A stretch of 64,000 nt of DNA from a virus, in the IMG/VR virus record IMGVR_UViG_3300049893_000773, positions 23,663 through 87,662 of that record. One strand, 5' to 3'. Every line of letters starts with the position of its first letter. Position 1 is the first letter of the stretch. Below are positions 1-9,762 of this stretch, one piece after another. A program made the position numbers and the translations under genes. The notes under the pieces are model-generated. The model had not been told where the DNA came from, did no database searches, and was given only the letters and a program-made list of their open reading frames with translations.

Positions 1-126
1 GATGCTATTTAGGACCAGCCTGGGACACCTACAGATACCACAGACAAAGCCTCAACTATAGAATAGTCCAGAATACGGCTTGCATCCAGACAACTTTCGG
101 TGTCACCAGGAATATAGGCAAACAAC

Positions 127-2238
127 ATGGCACCTCCTCGTGACGAATCATTCTTTGACCGCCTGACAAGGCTTTTCCGCTCAGGTCCGTCTGTTCGTCG
201 CAAAATTCGGGGATATGACGACTCCGGGTATTACGACAAACAGGCCGTTCTAGCTGCCAGGGCAGGCAACGGGAACGGAATGATCCCGTTTCGCAAGGGA
301 ACCTCCCACAACTCCCCGTTTGCCATGTTGGGCGGCTCGGACATCATGAGCCGTATGACTCGGTACATGGAGTTTGCCGAGATGGAGTATACGCCCATCA
401 TCTCCAAGGCTTTGGACGTTCAAGCCGACGAAGCTTGTTCCGGGGATGAAAATGGCAAAAACTTCCACATCTACTCCGACAACCCAACCGTCAAGGAAGC
501 CCTCTCGGAGCTGTTCTACGAAATCTTGAACGTGGACTTCAATCTCCGGGTGTGGATCAGGAACCTCTTGAAGTACGGGGACCTGTTCCTCTACAACGAG
601 GTTGCCCCAGGCGTCGGGGTTGTCAACGTCATGGCTCTGAACGTCAATGAGGTTGAGCGGGATGAGGGCTTTGACGCCAACGATCCTTACGCTGTTCGTT
701 TCCGTTGGCACAAAAACGGCCAAAAAGTCTTGGAGAACTGGCAGGTTACCCACTTCCGCATCCTGGGAAATGATCAGTTTGCTCCTTACGGAACCTCGGT
801 ACTTGAGTCTGCCCGTCGTATTTGGCGTCAATACGTGATGATGCTCGATGCCATGCTGGTTTACCGCTTGGTTCGCTCGCCTGAGAGAAGGGTGTTCTAC
901 GTTGACGTTGGAACTGTCGCTCCAAATGACATTCCGAACTACATGAACACCGTCATGTCCACAATTCGAGGACAGATGGCAGTAGACAAGGAGACGGGTC
1001 GTCTGGATGAGAGGTTCAACCCAACGGACGTTCTGGAAGACTACGTGGTTCCCGTCCGTGGAGCCAACTCTGGCACCAAGATTGATACCCTTGCCGGTGG
1101 AACTCACCAGACCGCAACAGAGGACATCGAGATCATCCAGTCCCAACTCTTTGCCGCTTTGGGTGTGCCAAAGGCATATTTGGGATATGACGACATGCTT
1201 TCCTCCAAAGCCACCCTGGCCCAAGAGGACATCCGTTTCTCCAGGACGATCCAAATCTACCAGAAAATCATCATTTCCGAGCTGAACAAGCTTGCTATCC
1301 TTCACCTCTACGCCCGTGGATTTGAGGGAGAGGACTTGATGGACTTCCAGCTTCGACTTTCCAATCCATCGTCCGTGGCACTTCAGCAGAAATTGGACCT
1401 GTGGAAGACCAAGATCGACATTATTGGAGCCGTTGATCAGATCGAGACCCGTTTCCTTCCAATGGAATGGCTCTACAAGGAGATCATGGGTTTCACCGAG
1501 GATGAGATCAAGGGTCTGCGGGAGAAGCTCAAAGAGGACAAGCGCTTCGCTGTGGAACTGGATTCCATTGTTGACATGGACACCACGGGGGAGAACACCG
1601 TCGATCCATTCGACGCAACCTCCTACCTGCCCCCAGGAGGCTCTCCAACAATGGATACAACCCTTCCTTCCCCTCCGGTGGGTTCTTCCCTTCAAGGGGC
1701 TCCTCCATCGCCTACAGCGCCTCCAGATGCCCAACCTACCACTTCCTCTTCCCCTGTCGCTCTGAGGCTGGGTAAGGGTGAGGTGCCGATCAAGGTCAAC
1801 CCACAAGTCAGGATGGACAAGCGCAATCAGCGTCGGCGCAAGAGTGAGCTTGAAAAGCAGGCAAATCAGCCGGACTTCGCTGCAATGCTGCATCCGTCGA
1901 AGAATGCCTCCCTTCGTGACCTTTACGACCAGAACTTCTTGCGTGATCCCCTGGCCGAGCAGATTCGAAACGACCTTGGGGCAAACAAAGTTCGTATTCC
2001 CAAGGAAATCAAGACGATGCTTGAGAAGTTCGACAAGGCCACGGGCCGGTCGAAGATGCTGGTGGAACAAAGCCCACCTCCTCCTGAAGCAGATGGTCCA
2101 ATGATCGACATGATCGAGGAAGAAATCGATTTCTCAGACCTTCTTGAGTCCTTGGAGGTAAATGAGAGCAAATTGCCAACGTTTGCCATCTTGGCCAAAC
2201 TTGGACTGGAAATCAAAGACGCAGAAACGGACACCTAA
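127..2238 (+). CDS. Portal protein (T4 gp20-like) with Pro-rich C-terminal extension
   Basis: Motifs YGTSVLESARRIW, DAMLVYRLVRSPERRVFYVDVG, EDYVVPVRG, KIDTLAGG, LFAALGVPK and DIRFSRTI match gp20-type portals; first gene of the head module. Confidence 0.93.
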   Translation: MAPPRDESFFDRLTRLFRSGPSVRRKIRGYDDSGYYDKQAVLAARAGNGNGMIPFRKGTSHNSPFAMLGGSDIMSRMTRYMEFAEMEYTPIISKALDVQADEACSGDENGKNFHIYSDNPTVKEALSELFYEILNVDFNLRVWIRNLLKYGDLFLYNEVAPGVGVVNVMALNVNEVERDEGFDANDPYAVRFRWHKNGQKVLENWQVTHFRILGNDQFAPYGTSVLESARRIWRQYVMMLDAMLVYRLVRSPERRVFYVDVGTVAPNDIPNYMNTVMSTIRGQMAVDKETGRLDERFNPTDVLEDYVVPVRGANSGTKIDTLAGGTHQTATEDIEIIQSQLFAALGVPKAYLGYDDMLSSKATLAQEDIRFSRTIQIYQKIIISELNKLAILHLYARGFEGEDLMDFQLRLSNPSSVALQQKLDLWKTKIDIIGAVDQIETRFLPMEWLYKEIMGFTEDEIKGLREKLKEDKRFAVELDSIVDMDTTGENTVDPFDATSYLPPGGSPTMDTTLPSPPVGSSLQGAPPSPTAPPDAQPTTSSSPVALRLGKGEVPIKVNPQVRMDKRNQRRRKSELEKQANQPDFAAMLHPSKNASLRDLYDQNFLRDPLAEQIRNDLGANKVRIPKEIKTMLEKFDKATGRSKMLVEQSPPPPEADGPMIDMIEEEIDFSDLLESLEVNESKLPTFAILAKLGLEIKDAETDT

Positions 2239-2325
2239 ACGTGAGTTCTGGTTTTTGCCTAATTCGGTCAGCTAGTTACAAGCAACACCAAGGCGCGAGG
2301 GCAAACCTCGAAGGAATCTCCTGAA

Positions 2326-3204
2326 ATGTTGAAGTCCCCTACTTTGAAGCACAACAAGAAGCGAAATGTCGGCCTCCTGAACGAGTTCTTTGCTCGTTAC
2401 ATTGCCAAGGCCATCCTCGAAAAGCGTGATGGGGACATTGAGAAGGCGAAAGCCCTCTACGCTCGTCACTTTCAAAAGGGGACGGAGATAAGCCGGGAAC
2501 TTCGGTTGTTCACCAATCTCTTTGAGACTCGTGTGGAATCGAGGGAGGCAGCATTCTCCTTGCTCAACCAAGTGAAGGAAGCATGCAAGCTTCAATCCCA
2601 GGCACGTATTGACCTGGAGAAGACAGCCCTTCTCCATGAGATCAATCAGACCTTCGGGGAGTGCAACTTTTTCGATCAGGAGATTGCTGAGTACAGAGAG
2701 TATGCCACGGTTCAGGTGTTGCTCAACCACTGGCGTGGTCGTGTGGTGACTGAGAACCTGAGTGAAGCTGTCCAGTTGGAAGACAAGCTGGTTCTACGTC
2801 TCACCAGCAAGTCTCCTGTCGTTGAAAGCAAGTCCTTGGAAATGCAGGAATCCGAGGTTGATGGTTTGGTTGTCAACCTGATGATCCAGAAGTTCAACCA
2901 AAAGTTCGGGTCGATGTTGAACGAGGAGCAGAAGAAGCTCCTCCGACTGTACGTCTTCTCCAAGGACAATGCCAATGCCAAGGAAGAACTCGTTCGTCTC
3001 TTGGAGGGACTCAAGGAGAAGTCTTCCAAGATGATCGACACTGCTATGGCCAAGGACAAGGATGCTCAGAGGGTGAAGCCAAAGCTCCTGGAAGTCAAGC
3101 AGATGCTTCAAGAGACCTACCAAGACACATCTGCACCAGATGACTCCTTGGTAACCTTCTACATGTCCATCTCCAAGCTGAATGAGGAACTCTCCAATGA
3201 GTAA
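2326..3204 (+). CDS. Conserved head-module hypothetical protein (helical, Lys/Glu-rich)
   Basis: 292-aa ORF between portal and protease, preceded by TAGTTA (2273) and an AAGGA SD. Confidence 0.75.
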   Translation: MLKSPTLKHNKKRNVGLLNEFFARYIAKAILEKRDGDIEKAKALYARHFQKGTEISRELRLFTNLFETRVESREAAFSLLNQVKEACKLQSQARIDLEKTALLHEINQTFGECNFFDQEIAEYREYATVQVLLNHWRGRVVTENLSEAVQLEDKLVLRLTSKSPVVESKSLEMQESEVDGLVVNLMIQKFNQKFGSMLNEEQKKLLRLYVFSKDNANAKEELVRLLEGLKEKSSKMIDTAMAKDKDAQRVKPKLLEVKQMLQETYQDTSAPDDSLVTFYMSISKLNEELSNE

Positions 3205-3817
3205 GCTGCTTTTGCAAGAATTTGCCCAGTTCGACTACAAGAAACCAACCGACGAGGAAGGCAAGCCACGTCTTTCCAAGTACGGGAACATCCTTGTAAA
3301 GGGAGTCATTCAGCGTGCTGACGCCCTTAACCAGAATGGTAGGGTCTATCCAAGGCACATCCTTGAGAGGGAAGTTCGCAACTACATGACCCTGGTCAAG
3401 GAACGCAGGGCTACCGGAGAGCTCGACCACGCAGATTCTCCAACCGTCAACCTCCAGAACGCTTCCCACATTATCACGGATATTTGGTGGGAAGGCAATG
3501 ACCTCTGGGGTGAGATCGAGGTTCTTGAGGACCTTGATCAAGGAAGGAACCTCAAAGGACTCCTGAAGAACGATGTGAAGGTTGGAATCTCCTCCCGTGC
3601 TCTTGGAAGCGTGCAGAGGCTTGGGGAAACCAATGTGGTTCAAGAGGACCTTTACCTTGTGTGCTGGGACATTGTTTCCGAGCCGTCCACCCACGGTGCA
3701 TTCATGATGCAAGAAGCCAAGAGCTATTCCGACGAGGAAGTGCGTCGAATCATGAGCAAATCTGACCGTATTGACCGTGCCGCTAATGAAGTCCTGGCCC
3801 TGAAAGGAAGGCGCTGA
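3197..3817 (+). CDS. Prohead core protease (T4 gp21-like)
   Basis: NQNGRVYP, GELDH, SHII, VGISSRALGS and WDIVSEPSTHGA motifs; ATG at 3197 overlaps the upstream gene end. Confidence 0.93.
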   Translation: MSKLLLQEFAQFDYKKPTDEEGKPRLSKYGNILVKGVIQRADALNQNGRVYPRHILEREVRNYMTLVKERRATGELDHADSPTVNLQNASHIITDIWWEGNDLWGEIEVLEDLDQGRNLKGLLKNDVKVGISSRALGSVQRLGETNVVQEDLYLVCWDIVSEPSTHGAFMMQEAKSYSDEEVRRIMSKSDRIDRAANEVLALKGRR

Positions 3818-4236
3818 TGAAATTGACTCGTTCTGCGTTGAAATCAATCATTAAAGAATGTCTCCTTGAGTTGGCCGAAGAGGGTAAGTTGCAAATTGAG
3901 GGTATTAGCTCCCCAAATTTGAACGAAATCAAGAATCCGCAAGCAGGCAACTCCGACAATCTTGGAAATCCTCGCTTGCAGCAAGCAATTGACATGACGA
4001 CAAGGCTGCTCGCCAAGGGTGATCCCGGCAAAGCTGCCATGTACGAGTCCATCATTGCAGATACCGCTCGTACAACGCTTCAAAAGCAACTTGCGGCTAC
4101 ATCTTCTGGGGCTGGCACCTTGGTTGAGAGTGCCGTCTCCCCTGAAGAGCGTCAATATGACCAAGCACAACTTGGACAATTCGAGGCAAAGGACCGCTGG
4201 TCTATCCTGGCTTTTGCCAAGAAGCCGAAAAGCTAG
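3817..4236 (+). CDS. Putative internal head protein with N-terminal targeting-like tag
   Basis: Begins MKLTRSALKSIIKECLLELAEE; coupled to the protease gene by TGATG overlap. Confidence 0.65.
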   Translation: MKLTRSALKSIIKECLLELAEEGKLQIEGISSPNLNEIKNPQAGNSDNLGNPRLQQAIDMTTRLLAKGDPGKAAMYESIIADTARTTLQKQLAATSSGAGTLVESAVSPEERQYDQAQLGQFEAKDRWSILAFAKKPKS

Positions 4237-4270
4237 TAACGAGATAATTAGCTCCAAAGGGTAAGTCAAA

Positions 4271-4765
4271 ATGCCATCCCACCGTCAACTCATTACCGTC
4301 CCACAACCAAAAGCTGGTGGAGCCTCCACTGGACTCGGGACTTTTGCGCCAGGAAGTGCCGATTACGCTTCCCTCCGTTCGTCTTTCCCAGGCTCTCCAG
4401 CTTACGACGGCACCTATGCCGATGATGCGGTGGTGGCTAAGTACGAGGAAGTCAACACGTCTCCATTGAACGACGGTGGTCACACCTTTGGTTTGGTCAA
4501 GACCGACTTCTCGGATGCACCTGACCTTTCCACGGTCGCAACTGGTGGTGGTGGACTTCCTGGAACTCCATACGGTCCAAACCCATCGTCTCCTGGGCCA
4601 GGATTGAACCCAACGAACATCCCAGATCGTGATAGGGCATCCATCCGTACGGGTGGTGGCGGTTACGGTATCGGTGATGGTCTCGCTTCCCCATCGGCAA
4701 CGAGGGTAAACATCGCCCGCCAAAGAATCGGGAATCTGATTTTTGGCAAATCCACGCCTCGTTGA
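4271..4765 (+). CDS. Gly/Pro-rich putative virion protein
   Basis: 164-aa ORF within the head module, TAATTA at 4245 upstream. Confidence 0.6.
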   Translation: MPSHRQLITVPQPKAGGASTGLGTFAPGSADYASLRSSFPGSPAYDGTYADDAVVAKYEEVNTSPLNDGGHTFGLVKTDFSDAPDLSTVATGGGGLPGTPYGPNPSSPGPGLNPTNIPDRDRASIRTGGGGYGIGDGLASPSATRVNIARQRIGNLIFGKSTPR

Positions 4766-4789
4766 TTCTACCTACTCTGAGAGGTCCTA

Positions 4790-6868
4790 ATGTCGTCAAT
4801 TTTCGAAGAAGCGTTGCTTGAGGCAAAGAAACTGCGTCAAGTAGCTGAAGAGGATGCAAAAAACACCCTCATTCAAGAAATGACCCCTGTGATCCGCAAG
4901 ATGATCACGAACCAGCTTGCAGGCAAGTCCAGCGTTCTCTTCGAAGAGGAATTGCCTGCTGACCCAACAGCGTCCCCAGAAGCCCCTGTAGAGCCAGCAA
5001 TGGACCCTGCGGGCTCTGCCATGCCTGCGGCTGCACCTGTTCCTGTTGAGCCGCCTGCGAGCGGTGCTGCTGACGCACCTATTAAGGTGTCGGGCGCAGA
5101 AGTCATGAACATGCCAATGCCTGGACCAGATGGCAAGCTGGTAATTGACTTGGACGATCTTTTCGTTCCGGCAGAGCCAGGAGCGGAGACGCCTGATGAG
5201 GGTTCTGCTTCTGCCGAAGCTCCTCCAGCAATGCCCGGTGGGATGCCATCGCCAACTCCAGTGGATGTGAACCCAAGTGGTTCGGCACCAGAAGAAGCAC
5301 CAGCCCCAGAGGCTCCGGCTGCCCCTGTGGAGCCGGTTGCCACGGCAGGAGCCGAAGAGGTTCCGCCTCCCCCAGAGGAGCCAGCAATGGAGGAAACCTA
5401 CGAGCTTTTTGCCGAGGAGCTAAAGACCACGGCTGATCGCATTCACCAAGCCTATTCCTCCAAGGTTGGAGTTCCATCCCTTGTGAAGGAAGCTCTTCAG
5501 GAAAAACTCTATCAGCTTCTTGAATCCCTGGAATCGTTGAGCCGCAGAAACATGGTTTCTGAGCGTCTCACCCAAATCCAAGAGAGCCGTTTGGAGATTT
5601 TGCACCGCAAACTGAAAGAAGCAGTTGTCGCTAATACTTATCACAGAACAGAAGAAGGAACCGGAACTGACATGGCAAGCAAGTCGCTCAAGGAAATGGC
5701 TGCAAAGATGCTCGCAGAGAGCGCTTCGGTTGAGGGTGGTCCCGTCAAGTCTCCCGCTGATGTCCACAAGACAGAGGTGACGATGAAGGTTGACAACTCG
5801 CAGGAACAGGCTGCTGACAAGGCAGGAGCCCACGCTATGAAGGTTACGGAGCCTACTGTGACCCTCAAGACGGAATCGGCTGAAGCACAGGCTCAGGCTG
5901 CTCTTGCTGAGGAGCTTGCCGCTCTTGTTGCCGAGGGTTCTGGCGAGTCGCTTGCAGCCAAGGATGGGGAGCAGGATCTTGCTGGTGCTGCTTCGTCGAT
6001 TCCTGACAAGAAGGTTGGTCAAGTGGACCCAACGAAGAGCACGGCTGCAAGCAAGACCAATCCAGCTTCGCACGTTCAGGGTGTTGCAGAGTCGGTTGCT
6101 GTTTCGAGCAAGGCTCTTGCAGAGCAGACCAAGAAGATCAAGGCAGAAGCCTTGAAGAAGCAGATTGCCGCCCTTCAGGAGCAACTGAAGGAATGCGGGA
6201 TGCCAATGGAGGGCGATGCCCTTCCTGCGCCAGGAGCCCCAGCAATGGGTGTGATGGGCGAGGAAGATACGGTCATCAACTTCAACTTCGACCTCGCTGA
6301 TCTTCTGCCAGGACTTTCGGATCTTGGCGATGAAGACGAGATTGACATTGTGGGCGACGAGCCATCTGACGAGCCAAGCACCTTGGGCCCTGTGGGCGGT
6401 GCTGAACCAGAGGGTGACGACGCTGACGACCTTGAGCTTGCCGATGAGGACGAGCCAGAGGTTTCGCAACTTGCAGAGGGCAGGAAGTCCGGCAAGGGTG
6501 CGGGCAAGATTGTAGCGGAGAACAAGGATCTCCGTTCGCAACTTGCAACCGAGAAGCTGTTCAACGCAAAGATGGTTCATTTCCAGCCTTTCGTTAACAA
6601 TCCAAATCTGACCAAGCAACAGAAGCACAAAATTGCGGAGCACCTGGACAGAGGAACATCGCTTGAAGAAGTGAAGGCAATCTACAACCGCGTGAAGGTT
6701 GTGGTGGAGAACATGCAGAAGGTCTCTTCGAAGGCAGGAAGCTCTTCGAAGCCGGGTGTGACCCCTGCATCGACTCTCAGCGAGTCTGCCAACCCATACG
6801 AGGGATCGACCCTGGTGGAAGCAGAAAAGAATCGTTTGATGCAACTTGCTGGAATCAAGCGCAAGTGA
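4790..6868 (+). CDS. Prohead scaffold/core protein (gp22-like role)
   Basis: Acidic, Pro/Ala-rich, coiled-coil protein directly upstream of the MCP; many L/V-x-E sites; ends RLMQLAGIK. Confidence 0.75.
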   Translation: MSSIFEEALLEAKKLRQVAEEDAKNTLIQEMTPVIRKMITNQLAGKSSVLFEEELPADPTASPEAPVEPAMDPAGSAMPAAAPVPVEPPASGAADAPIKVSGAEVMNMPMPGPDGKLVIDLDDLFVPAEPGAETPDEGSASAEAPPAMPGGMPSPTPVDVNPSGSAPEEAPAPEAPAAPVEPVATAGAEEVPPPPEEPAMEETYELFAEELKTTADRIHQAYSSKVGVPSLVKEALQEKLYQLLESLESLSRRNMVSERLTQIQESRLEILHRKLKEAVVANTYHRTEEGTGTDMASKSLKEMAAKMLAESASVEGGPVKSPADVHKTEVTMKVDNSQEQAADKAGAHAMKVTEPTVTLKTESAEAQAQAALAEELAALVAEGSGESLAAKDGEQDLAGAASSIPDKKVGQVDPTKSTAASKTNPASHVQGVAESVAVSSKALAEQTKKIKAEALKKQIAALQEQLKECGMPMEGDALPAPGAPAMGVMGEEDTVINFNFDLADLLPGLSDLGDEDEIDIVGDEPSDEPSTLGPVGGAEPEGDDADDLELADEDEPEVSQLAEGRKSGKGAGKIVAENKDLRSQLATEKLFNAKMVHFQPFVNNPNLTKQQKHKIAEHLDRGTSLEEVKAIYNRVKVVVENMQKVSSKAGSSSKPGVTPASTLSESANPYEGSTLVEAEKNRLMQLAGIKRK

Positions 6869-6871
6869 CTC

Positions 6872-6877
6872 TACTTA
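6872..6877 (+). promoter_or_regulatory. TANTTA putative late promoter (MCP copy; representative of ~20 copies)
   Basis: TACTTA upstream of MCP; the same hexamer precedes portal, neck, both sheaths, tube, tape measure and baseplate genes. Confidence 0.65.
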
Positions 6878-6903
6878 GCAAAAAAGGAATATCGGAGTAA
6901 ACG

Positions 6904-8817
6904 ATGAAAACTTTCTCTCTTTCGCAATTGGCAGAAGGCGTAAACCGCCGCTCGCTTGGTGCTGATGCGCCAAGGCTTCTGTCCAAGTGGTCTGCAACCG
7001 GACTTCTTGAGGGACTTGGTGGTATGCAGAAGGAGACGCTCTCGCGCCTTCTGGAGAACCAAGTGGCCCAGCTCATTCAGGAGTCCAACGCCATCTCGAC
7101 GGGTGGTGCATCTCTGACCTCCTCGGGTCAGATTGCAGGCTTCTCGAACGTTGCCTTCCCTATCGTTCGTAGGGTCTTCGCTGGCCTCGTTGCCAACGAA
7201 GTGGTTTCGGTTCAGCCAATGAGCCTTCCTTCGGGACTGCTCTTCTACTTGGATTACACCTACGGCTCGAACGTTGGTGGTGATGCAGGTCTGAGCCTCT
7301 CGACCTCGGCAACGGCTGACACCTACAAGAGGGCAACCTCGGTGTACGGTCTTCCAACTGGAGCCTCGATCCGTTCGGGTGCAACTCCTGCTGGTGGCCA
7401 GTACGACCTCGTGGGTCACGGCTTCTCCAAGGTTCACAAGGGTGCTCTGAACATCACTGGCTCTACGGACTCGGTGGGTTACTGGCTCTCGGGCTCGACC
7501 TGGACAACGGGCACCTCGGCTGTCGTGGCAGCTTCGGCTGACTGGACCGGCTACAACGCCCGCTACGCTGGGTTCCGCCAGGACATCCAGAATGGTCTTG
7601 ACAACGGCGACTTCGACTACTGCTTCATGTTCATCTCGGCCTCCGAGTTGGCAGGCAAGATTTCGGGTCTCGATCTGAACGCTCTTGACCAAATCTCGAT
7701 CACTGGTTTCGGTTCGGCAGCAAACTCTGTGACCGCTTGGGGCGACAGCTTCCAGGGTGGTCTTGGAGTCCTGAACCTCCGCGCTCTGAACAAGCGTGGT
7801 GACTGGAACGCAGCCGCAGGTACCTTCACCCCAAACCCACTCGGCGGAAGCCACGTGTTGTTTGTGCTGAAGATCGCCAACGCAGGCACGGCTCCACAGC
7901 CAACCGGCGTGGCTTCGACCTACATCTCTGGCTCGGCAGCAATTGCAGACGCTCTTTCGGTTGGTTCGGAGGGCACGACCCTTACGGTCCCATCGTTCGA
8001 AACGGACTTCGCAGTTGACTCCTCGCCAAGGATTCCAGAGGTTGACATCAAGATCGAGGGTGTCTCGGTCACTGCAACGACCCGCAAGCTCCGTGCTCGT
8101 TGGTCGCCAGAGATGGCACAGGACCTTACGGCCTTCTACTCCATCGACGTGGAAGTGGAACTCACAAATATCCTGTCCGAGATGATCACGCTCGACATCG
8201 ACCGCGAAATCTTGAACGATCTCCTCACACAGGCCACAGCAGCAAACCTGTTCTGGTCGCGTGCTCCAGGACGCATCGTCAACAAGACCACTGGTCAGGA
8301 AGCTCTCCACAACAACGTCTTGGCCCCAGGCCCACAGTTCTTCGGAAATGTGCGTGAGTGGTACGAGACGCTCATGGAGACGATCACGGATGCAGCCAAC
8401 ACGATTCACAGGAAGACCCTCCGTGGTTCGGGTAACTTCATCGTCACGTCGCCAGACGTGGCAACGATCTTCGAGCACCTTGTGGCCTACAAGCCAGCAT
8501 ACAAGGTTGACTCCGATGGTCAGGTGAAGGAGTCGATGACGATTGGCGCAGAGGCAATCGGCACGCTCAACAACCGCTACGTGGTCTACAAGGACCCTTA
8601 CTTCCCACAGAACAAGATTCTGATTGGTTTGAAGGGCAACACCTTCCTGGAGTCGGGATACATCTACGCTCCATACGTTCCACTCATCTTGACTCCTGTG
8701 ATCTACGCACAGGAGGACTTCACTCCTCGCAAGGGTGTGATGACCCGCTACGGTAAGAAGATGGTCCGTGCTGACTTCTACGCCACTGTGACCGTGCTCG
8801 ACATGGCCCTCATCTGA
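6904..8817 (+). CDS. Major capsid protein (T4 gp23-like) with large insertion
   Basis: FPIVRRVFAGLVANEVVSVQPMSLPSGLLFY, TRKLRARWSPEMAQDL, EMITLDIDREIL, GYIYAPYVPL and FTPRKGVMTRYG motifs. Confidence 0.96.
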   Translation: MKTFSLSQLAEGVNRRSLGADAPRLLSKWSATGLLEGLGGMQKETLSRLLENQVAQLIQESNAISTGGASLTSSGQIAGFSNVAFPIVRRVFAGLVANEVVSVQPMSLPSGLLFYLDYTYGSNVGGDAGLSLSTSATADTYKRATSVYGLPTGASIRSGATPAGGQYDLVGHGFSKVHKGALNITGSTDSVGYWLSGSTWTTGTSAVVAASADWTGYNARYAGFRQDIQNGLDNGDFDYCFMFISASELAGKISGLDLNALDQISITGFGSAANSVTAWGDSFQGGLGVLNLRALNKRGDWNAAAGTFTPNPLGGSHVLFVLKIANAGTAPQPTGVASTYISGSAAIADALSVGSEGTTLTVPSFETDFAVDSSPRIPEVDIKIEGVSVTATTRKLRARWSPEMAQDLTAFYSIDVEVELTNILSEMITLDIDREILNDLLTQATAANLFWSRAPGRIVNKTTGQEALHNNVLAPGPQFFGNVREWYETLMETITDAANTIHRKTLRGSGNFIVTSPDVATIFEHLVAYKPAYKVDSDGQVKESMTIGAEAIGTLNNRYVVYKDPYFPQNKILIGLKGNTFLESGYIYAPYVPLILTPVIYAQEDFTPRKGVMTRYGKKMVRADFYATVTVLDMALI

Positions 8818-8888
8818 TCCTTCGGGATCTTAGCTCCCGGTAGAGGGAGCGTCAAGGCCCTCGGTGCTTTTCGCATCGGGGGCTTTGT
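8816..8888 (+). terminator. Hairpin cluster / intrinsic terminator after MCP
   Basis: GATCC-TTCG-GGATC, GCTCCC-ggtaga-GGGAGC, then AAGGCCCTCGGTGC-ttttc-GCATCGGGGGCTTT running into TTTGTT. Confidence 0.7.
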
Positions 8889-8929
8889 TCATTTGGGGAT
8901 TATGGATTTAACCTCTTCCAGAGGTAAAC

Positions 8930-9730
8930 ATGGAAAAGAGAGTTAAAGGCCCAGACGGAAGAGAATATTGCACCACTGCTTGTTGTGGAGGCCCACCAGC
9001 CAAGCAGCCCGACCCAGAGGGGACAACGCTCACCGTCCCCTCTGAATCGCTCGAAGATAAGCTTCCGCCTTTGTTGGATATTCAGCTCTTGAAAGCAAAG
9101 ATGTTGACCCCTGGCATCTTTGGGAGAAAAGATGCGTCCACAGTAGCGCCTATGCAGCGTTCGTTTTTCTGGTCAAGGAGACCGGGGAACTACGTGGATA
9201 GACTTACGGGACAGTCTGCCATGAAGAAGGTGGTCCAACGGGTAACCGTTTCCGAGATGGAAGTCCCAGGGTCTAATCCAAAGACCTTCGTCTTGGTCCA
9301 GCGAGAGGAGGAACGAGAGGTTCCAATCGACTCCTTTGAGGGAACAGTCAAGGATTGGTATGAGAAGCTGGGGGAGGAAGTCCTTCAGTGTGCCAACGAA
9401 ATTTTCCGCAAGTGCTTGGTGCCTGCCAATCTTGTTGAGATGTCCCCGGATCTCGTGAATCTATTCGAGGCCATTGGATTCGATCCCGGCAAATGGAGGC
9501 AGGTCGGTGCAAATGAGTTGCTTGCAACCAATAAGCTTTTTGGCAGGTATGCCGTTGTACGGTGTAACAACCTACCGGCAAACGAGTTGCACGTCAAGCT
9601 GATCTCGGAGATTTTCTACACTTTCGGCAATTTGACCGGCCCTGTCCCGGAAATCGACATGGAATTGCTCACCAAACCCGCGACGTTGGCTGATTACAAG
9701 GTCACTGTGTTGGACATGCCTCTCCTGTAG
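8930..9730 (+). CDS. Truncated MCP paralog 1 (A-domain-like part)
   Basis: EGTTLTVPS, FWSRRPG..V...TGQ, GTVKDWYE, ANEIFRK, SPD and VTVLDMPLL align with the C-terminal half of the MCP. Confidence 0.8.
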   Translation: MEKRVKGPDGREYCTTACCGGPPAKQPDPEGTTLTVPSESLEDKLPPLLDIQLLKAKMLTPGIFGRKDASTVAPMQRSFFWSRRPGNYVDRLTGQSAMKKVVQRVTVSEMEVPGSNPKTFVLVQREEEREVPIDSFEGTVKDWYEKLGEEVLQCANEIFRKCLVPANLVEMSPDLVNLFEAIGFDPGKWRQVGANELLATNKLFGRYAVVRCNNLPANELHVKLISEIFYTFGNLTGPVPEIDMELLTKPATLADYKVTVLDMPLL

Positions 9731-9762
9731 AGTCATTCTTTCCTCAACAGAGGAAAGAATCA

